The notes beneath the pieces are model-generated. The model saw nothing but the letters and a program-made list of their open reading frames with translations, was not told where the DNA came from and did not search any database. The position numbers and the translations under genes are program-made. From positions 18,138,150-18,202,149 of the forward strand of contig NC_134026.1 of NCBI RefSeq assembly GCF_964204645.1: DNA of 64,000 bases, written 5' to 3'. Each line of letters begins with the position of its first letter. Position 1 is the first letter of the stretch. This document shows, one piece after another, positions 56,761 to 64,000 of this stretch. The DNA comes from Tubulanus polymorphus. Lineage: Eukaryota > Animalia > Nemertea.

Positions 56761-57720
56761 ATAGTTAACCTATACAGTACTACTCGTCTCATTATTCTTT
56801 ATCCAGTGTAATAATTTGAATGCATTTCTTTAGAATTTATCCTAAATTTATTTCATATTCTAACATTTTTTCCTTGTGATACTCTATATGGACATGATTT
56901 GTATTTTGCAGATGTCTGAACCATGGATGTTAAAGAATGTTATTAGAATGTTATTAGAATGGGTAACAGATAATCCCACCCGGTGAAAGTACCCAAAACT
57001 TGATTTCACAGCAAATTTAAATAAAATTCGTCAATATTCTTGTTGAAAAACTTAAATATATATGTAGTTTTCAAAAATTTCAAATTTTCCGTGGTGTTTT
57101 TCTTTGACAATGTGTGACTTTAACCAAGCTATGGTCATGAAATGACATTACTCTGTGACTTTAAGCAAGTAACATGCATGAAAATAATATTGTTAGTAGT
57201 TTTTGTTAAAATTTCTGTTAAAAAATTAGGTCCGAAAGTTATAGTAAAATATCTATGTACATAATAATTATCTATTTTCATTTGGGCTTTATACAGAGAA
57301 CTGAGGGATTTTTACCAGGAGTTGATATTTACCTACTTTCATTAGTCTTTGTTTCAAAACCAGTAGTGATTTATTATAGGGCTTTTCTCTGTTCATTTAT
57401 TGAAGTTAACATTTTTGTGCAAATTCAACTTATATATAATTTGTAATTGTAAATAAATTATGATCATAATGTCTTTGATACACAATTTCTTTAATTATTT
57501 TTATGAGTGTCTCTCGAAACTGGTCTACCATTCCAAAATCTGTTTCTCTGATTTCCTTAGTGTTTATTTAAAGAACAATTAAATGGGGACTTGTAAGTAG
57601 TCATTGGTAGACAAATATGGTAATTAAATACCCCCCTAAGTAATGCAGCTGTGATAGGACTATCACATTAGTCAAGAAGAAACACAACATCCATAGTGTA
57701 CAATAAATGAACAAAAGAAA

Positions 57721-57845
57721 TCCCACCAAAATAATTCAGCCAAAAAGAATTCTTGAATAGAACAGTATATAATAGACACATTGATTAAATATATACACTG
57801 TTCTATTAAAAAATTCTCTTTTTGGCTGAATTATTTTGGTGGGAG
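57721..57845. repeat. Foldback or MITE-like inverted repeat
   Basis: tcccaccaaaataattcagccaaaaaga...tctttttggctgaattattttggtggga. Confidence 0.8.
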
Positions 57846-57890
57846 TTCTCACGTTTAGGAATATTAGATGAATACAATATTAGGCTCCTG

Positions 57891-58023
57891 GGGCCGGTTG
57901 CATAGTCATGACTTAGATTTAAGACCAGTTTAAGACCAACTGAGTTCTATAGCCAATCTAACAACTTAAGTCTTAAGATTTAAGACCACTTTTGGACTTA
58001 AGTCACGACTGTGCAACTGGCCC
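57891..58023. mobile_element. Harbinger-like MITE
   Basis: TIR GGGCCGGTTGCATAGTCATGACTTA / TAAGTCACGACTGTGCAACTGGCCC; 3-bp TSD CTG. Confidence 0.8.
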
Positions 58024-58307
58024 CTGATCTTGGTTGCAAAATAAGGCAGGCCCTGTTCACCAAAGCTCAATGGCTCCCACTACCAACAACTGTTCCAAAA
58101 CAGCTCATCATCTTTCTAAATGGTTAGCCTGTAATCTTAATCTTGTGAATAATTAGCTTGAAATTTAGCATTCAGAACTTGTATTTTTTTTTAAGTAGGG
58201 AAAATATAAAAATTAAACAAATGATCAACTCAAAATTTAAATATATCTCTCTTTATTACAGATTTCATCATAATTTTGATACATTTGTATTATTCTTGTC
58301 CATACAA

Positions 58308-58678
58308 AGTAATTACATTGTACAATTCTACTTCATTCTGTCAAGTGGTCTGACTTATAATGTCAAATTAATGGTGACACTTTACAAAATAAGCAGCTTA
58401 AACGGGTAGAAATAATTAATTAACAACTGCTTCCTAGCCAGTAATTTAATTCTATCAATAACTAGCAGCCACCTGAATTAAACCTTATAAATGCCAAAGT
58501 AATTACAATGTACAATTCTACTTCATTCTGTCAAGTGGTCTGACTTATAATATCAAATTAATGGTGACGCTTTACAAAATAAGCAGCTGAAACAGGTAGA
58601 AATAATTAATTAACAACTGCTTCCTAGCCAGTAATTAAATTCCATCAGTAACTAGCAGCCACCTGAATTAAACCTTAT
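58308..58678. repeat. Tandem duplication of about 190 bp
   Basis: agtaattaca.tgtacaattctacttcattctgtc...gaattaaaccttat occurs twice. Confidence 0.9.
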
Positions 58679-61279
58679 CATAAATGCCATGCCATGTTTT
58701 TGAGAGCGTTAATTAGTATCCTTTCACGGGTATTTTCGGAGGCTCTGCATATAAATATACTTCTGGGTGCTGAGGATCATAACCCGCTTATTATTAGATC
58801 AACCAACCTGGAAGAGATAAATATACATATAGGAATTGACAAAACAAAGTACACGATGTCTGATGAACAATCATTCACGAATACGGTAAGTGACAGAACA
58901 TTTTTTTGAAGCAGTGACATCCGTCATTTTCAAAATCAAGGGCATCCATACGTATTTTCAGATTTTCATGTAGGCTATTCTAAAAATAGGATTTGCACTA
59001 AAATACATTTTGGGAATCATCGAATGATCCATTTTGGTCAGCAATTATTTAAATATATTTCTCCAATTCGTGTTTTTTTAACTTTTAATTCTCAGAATTA
59101 AATAAATTGTTAAATTGATGGAATTAATGAACTTATGTAATATTTCAAAATTCAAAATTGAAATATTTTGATAGAACGATAACCACACTCAAATGTGGTG
59201 AACGTATAATAAGATAAAAACCCACTACTTACAGATTAAAAGAATTTAAAAACAAGAATTTATTTATTCAATCTAAAATATATAGAATACACAACGTTTC
59301 GATCTCAACCTAGAGATCATCGTCAGGTGTTTTTTTAAACAGTTGTGTAATCTATTTAGCTAGTGTAATCTATTTAAACTGTGTGATGAATTTTCTTCAA
59401 CTCGTGATAAATTTGAGCTGTGCGGTAACTTTAAGTATTAACTTAGTATTAATGAACTATTGATTTGCAGTACCTTTTCATTCAAATGGTACAATAATCA
59501 TCTCAAAATCTTCAAAGTAGGTAAAAATCTTGGCAATTTTTTACTTGTAGTATTTTTAACTGTGCGATGCGATGAATTATTAGAATTAATTTTTAAATAT
59601 TTTGAAATCAAGCTAGCATAATAAATTATTGATCATATTATGGATTTTTACAATTTCGATTTCCAGAGTTGTGGCTCCCCATTAAGTAAAGCTGTTAATA
59701 TTTACTTAGTTCAACTTCATTATCTTAATTGTAAGGAATCCAGCCAATACTTAAATAATTAGTGGGACCACAACTGCATGGCAATTGTTCATGTTAACAA
59801 CAGGACAATAGGATTGCAAGGCCAGGTGAAGCTCATGGTCTGTATTGTCATAGAAGTTTGCTTACACACTTTTATGATATCATGGATATTAAGACAGCTA
59901 GAATCATTTCTATGGGTGTTTGTTAATTCTTAGTTAATGAAAAATGACAAATACTTCTAAAACACAGTCCTTGAAAAAAGATTTTTGAGTTTGAAAAAAT
60001 GATCCAGTCTAGCCTTGCTAACTTGGTAATGTAGGTAATTTCACATAATTACATAATACTTTCACATAATACTTGCATTGCTTTGGACAATCCCTAGAAC
60101 TTGTGTTGGCAATATCTATTGCCACCAAATTTTGCAACATAGGAAAAAATGTCACTTTTTGTATAGTAGGAAAAAGAACTCAGTTGTTATAAACATATAT
60201 ATTCGAGTTGACTGCATTAATTATCAGTCATTTTATCAATGATCTCTTTCTATTGAATTTCAAACCTGCTATTGTATTTGGCGCTGTATTTTAGTACCCC
60301 TAAGTTTCTCCACTTAAAATTTCTTTAGTTTGTGGCATACTATGAACATTACTTAAATCAAAAATTAAAAGTTAATCAAAAATTATTACTCTATTGTTAG
60401 TTAAAATCAAATTAGTAAGCAGTAATTATATTCTGAATGTCTATGGCATTTTTTTCCTACTGTCATTTTCACTGGTGGTATTTTTTCCTACAATCGCCTC
60501 ACAGGTAAGTCAGGTAAAAAAAAGTTCACATAGCATAACCCTTTATCTTGCAGGAAACTGAAAAATTAGTTTCAGTGTTAATCGCACAGTTCTAATTATT
60601 TATTTAAGAATCTATCGAAAGAGTTTATTGCACTGTTTGGATATATTGCAGTTTTATTGCAAGCTAATAGAATTGGAGAATCATCTTTTTTTTGATATGT
60701 GATTGAAAATACCAAGTAGAGATTTTTACCTGCTTCAAAGGATTTCAACCCAGGGGTTTTATCTACTACCCCTTATCTTATACCAGTAGTTAAATATGTT
60801 TTTGATAAATTTGTAACGGTCATGCATTATTCTCATCTTCAGACTGTTAAACGCAAGCTGACCTCTCTACAGAAGTTGAGGTGTAATGAAAGAAAAAGAT
60901 TTGCAAGAATAACTAAAAAGGTGAAAACAAAATTACTTTTATAAGAACAGATCATACAAGAATCATGTTTTCATAATATATTCAAAAGTAAATGAAAGGG
61001 CCTACGAGATTTTCATATGATTATAACATTTTTCAGATAAAATCAGAAAAGAACTTGCCAGCAATGGTTTTACTACAATATAACAAGGGGTCTGTAGATA
61101 TTGTTTCAAGCAAGTACCAAACATGTTTATTGTTTCAAATACTTGTTTAACGAATATATATGATTCTCATATCTGACAATTCACAGGATAATTTTTCTTG
61201 ATAAATACATGTATGGAACCACATGACTTGGTGACAATCAAGTGATCATAATTCAGCAAATATTTTTTTTCTTTTTAGA

Positions 61280-62729
61280 CATCCCTGCACTTCAGACGGC
61301 AACACAAAATTCCGTACTTAAGTCGGAGTTCTTAAAAGTGGTAGTAGCGTCCCTAAAAAAATCTACGGATGAAAATTCAGATGGAGAAGTGTTATGGAGT
61401 AAAGTTTCATTGAAGGACCATGCATATGAAGAAATTGACGCCCAAGGGAATCATACTCTAAGAGCTTTGGTCTCAAAAATTATCGTCGGAGCTGGTGAGT
61501 TAACACTAAGGCCTTTTTTATTAGTCGGAGTTCAGAATTTTTCACGAAATAGTGGGAGGGCTAAGGGAATATTTGATAATATGTGCTTTAAACTGGAAGA
61601 AAACAGGGAAAAAATTTTTAAAAAAAAGTTTTTTAGAATTATTTTGAGTATTTCCTACATTAAACCTTAGAAGGACTGCAGAAAAAAATAAAAAAGGAGT
61701 GAAAATTGTGATGAATATGATTCAAATAATGGGAGAAATGAAAAAACTTTTTTTGAAAATTACAAGATTGAACATTGAGATGAACATAAATGTTTACAAG
61801 TTGCTAGATTGCAAACCAAGACGTACATGACAAAAAAATTTATTACTTTTGAAAAATTGTGATGAAAACAGGGAGGACTTTTTCTTTAATTAGATGATTT
61901 TGGCAGAATTCTGGGAGGCCGATCCAAGTAAGGTTAAATCATACATTCTATTACAAATTCTTATGTTATTTCCAGAAGGAAAAAAAGTCGATCAATATGG
62001 GGCGATGACACGAATAGACCTACATGGTGGCCTGATTAAATCAACAATCCGGAGGGATATTTTGCTGAATTTTGACCGAAACAAATGGAAAATCAGGACA
62101 ATTCCACATACTAAGCAGCAGGATAGCACGTCATGTGGACTTCTATGCCTTGCTGTGAGTAGCAAAAAAAAATTCAATAACTCCTTCAAATTATCACTGA
62201 TAGTTTCTTTAATTTATAGGTCTTCGCATTACCTGAAATTCTCTTCTTTCAGTTCGCTGAAGGTCTAATATGCGAAACCTCGCTAGAGGATTTTGAATCA
62301 GCTAGTTCTGGAATCGAATCTATGCAAGAACAAGTGCTGGAAATTCTCCATGGTGTATGCGGTAGGTACTCTTCTATCAGTAGATCAAAGCGCAACTTGT
62401 TGGTGGTCAAGATACATCTGAAATAAATGAAATGAACAATATATATATTTCTATAGATACAGAAATACTAAAAATGGTATGCCGGTTGTGTGGCCAAAAG
62501 GAACCAGCTGATGACAAACACAAAAGAATTCTCTGGGTAAGAGTTACAAAAAAGCTGTTAATAATCACTTATATTATTATTACCATACTCTGATCAGATT
62601 ATTGGATTATCTCTTTTTAAGGAAGGATGTGAGAGGTGTGAATTCTTTTGGCTGCACAGGCAGTGTATCAAGAGGGGTAAAGGAAGTTGCCGATTGAGAA
62701 GAGGTGTTTGTCCAATTTGTGCACTGTAA
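61280..62729 (+). pseudogene. Spliced Ulp1/SENP-like protease C-terminus plus PHD-like finger, probably transposon-borne and incomplete
   Basis: Exons ..62154, 62253-62361, 62457-62536 and 62622-62729 join in frame: QQDSTSCGLLCL/FAE..CRLC..W/EGCERC..WLHRQC..CPIC. Catalytic His region not found; upstream frame has stops. Confidence 0.65.
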
Positions 62730-62994
62730 TAATGTTTTGTATTTTGTGAATAGACAATTCGAAATATATTTTATACTGTAATCGTTTTTCTCTTACATTG
62801 GATTGTAAAACATTACCAACTCATTCAGACTTGCACTTATTAACTATGTTCAAGTTGGTCGGTCAAGGTTTACTGTATTTTTTGGTGAAAGGAGATATTT
62901 TCTATGTTTTTATGGATATACAACAAAATGTTTGTAGGACTCGTGGTGCAATTTGAATCGAAAGTTGATGGATGGACGAATGGTTAGAGGATGT

Positions 62995-64000
62995 CAGCTA
63001 TCCCCAGGGATGTTAATATGCCAGATAATGTCCAGTTAAGGTCCCCAGGGTTGTTAATGCAGATATCAACTTCAGGGATGTAAATATGCCAGATAATGTT
63101 CATTTAAGGTCCCCAGGGTTGTTAATATAAATATCAACTTCAGGGATGTAAATATGCCAGATAATGTCCATTTAAGGTCCCAGGGTTGTTAATGTAAATA
63201 TCAACCCCCAGGGATGTAAATATACCAGATAATGTCCAGGTAAGGTCCCCAGGGTTGTTAATGTAAATATCAACTTCAGGGATGTTAATATGCCAGATAA
63301 TGTCCAGTTAAGGTCCCCAGGGTTGTTAATGTAAATATCAACCCCCAGGGATGTAAATATACCAGATAATGTCCAGGTAAGGTCCCAGGGTTGTTAATGT
63401 AAATATCAACCCCCAGGGATGTAAATATACCAGATAATGTCCAGGTAAGGTCCCCAGGGTTGTTAATGTAAATATCAACTTCAGGGATGTTAATATGCCA
63501 GATAATGTCCAGTTAAGGTCCCCAGGGTTGTTAATGCAGATATCAACCCCAGGGATGTTAATATGCCAGATAATGTCCAGTTAAGGTCCCCAGGGTTGTT
63601 AATGCAGATATCAACCCCAGGGATGTTAATATGCCAGATAATGTCCAGTTAAGGTCCCCAGAATGGTTAATGTAAATATCAACCCCCAGGGATGTAAATA
63701 TGCCAGATAATGTCCAGTTAAGGTCCCCAGGGTTGTTAATGCAGATATCAACCCCAGGGATGTTAATATGCCAGATAATGTCCAGTTAAGGTCCCCAGAA
63801 TTGTTAATGTAAATATCAACTTCAGGGATGTTAATATGCCAGATAATGTCCAGTTAAGGTCCCCAGGGTTGTTAATGCAGATATCAACCCCAGGGATGTT
63901 AATATGCCAGATAATGTCCAGTTAAGGTCCCCAGAATTGTTAATGTAAATATCAACTTCAGGGATGTTAATATGCCAGATAATGTCCAGTTAAGGTCCCC
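62995..64000. repeat. Tandem satellite, 68-bp unit, about 14.5 copies, running off the window
   Basis: cagggatgttaatatgccagataatgtccagttaaggtccccagggttgttaatg..atatcaac repeated. Confidence 0.97.

Overview
Eukaryotic window, probably from an invertebrate. About 1-51.2 kb looks like a partly decayed endogenous large dsDNA virus. It carries a 2219-aa family B DNA polymerase, a spliced herpesvirus-type terminase ATPase (Walker B) exon, a broken deoxynucleoside kinase, BIR and RING proteins, a galaxin-like protein, two DUF3990-like pseudogenes and several orphan ORFs, and it has been hit by host LINE and MITE insertions. Inside it is a four-member double-C2H2 zinc-finger/tyrosine-recombinase (YR) family: one intronless gene, one spliced gene, one spliced zinc-finger-only gene and one inverted, internally deleted remnant. 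Three of the four sit in or beside arrays of a TGATTTGAGRCGTGA motif. There are also four dispersed hairpin elements built from a 20-bp unit and a nested palindrome at about 24.4 kb. The virus-like block ends next to a 1.7-kb degenerate TTAGGG-like array that starts at the splice donor of a CxC5 (KDZ-transposase-associated) exon. The rest is AT-rich host or transposon DNA with MITEs, tandem repeats and a spliced Ulp1-PHD remnant. All family calls come from reading motifs by eye; no database search was run.
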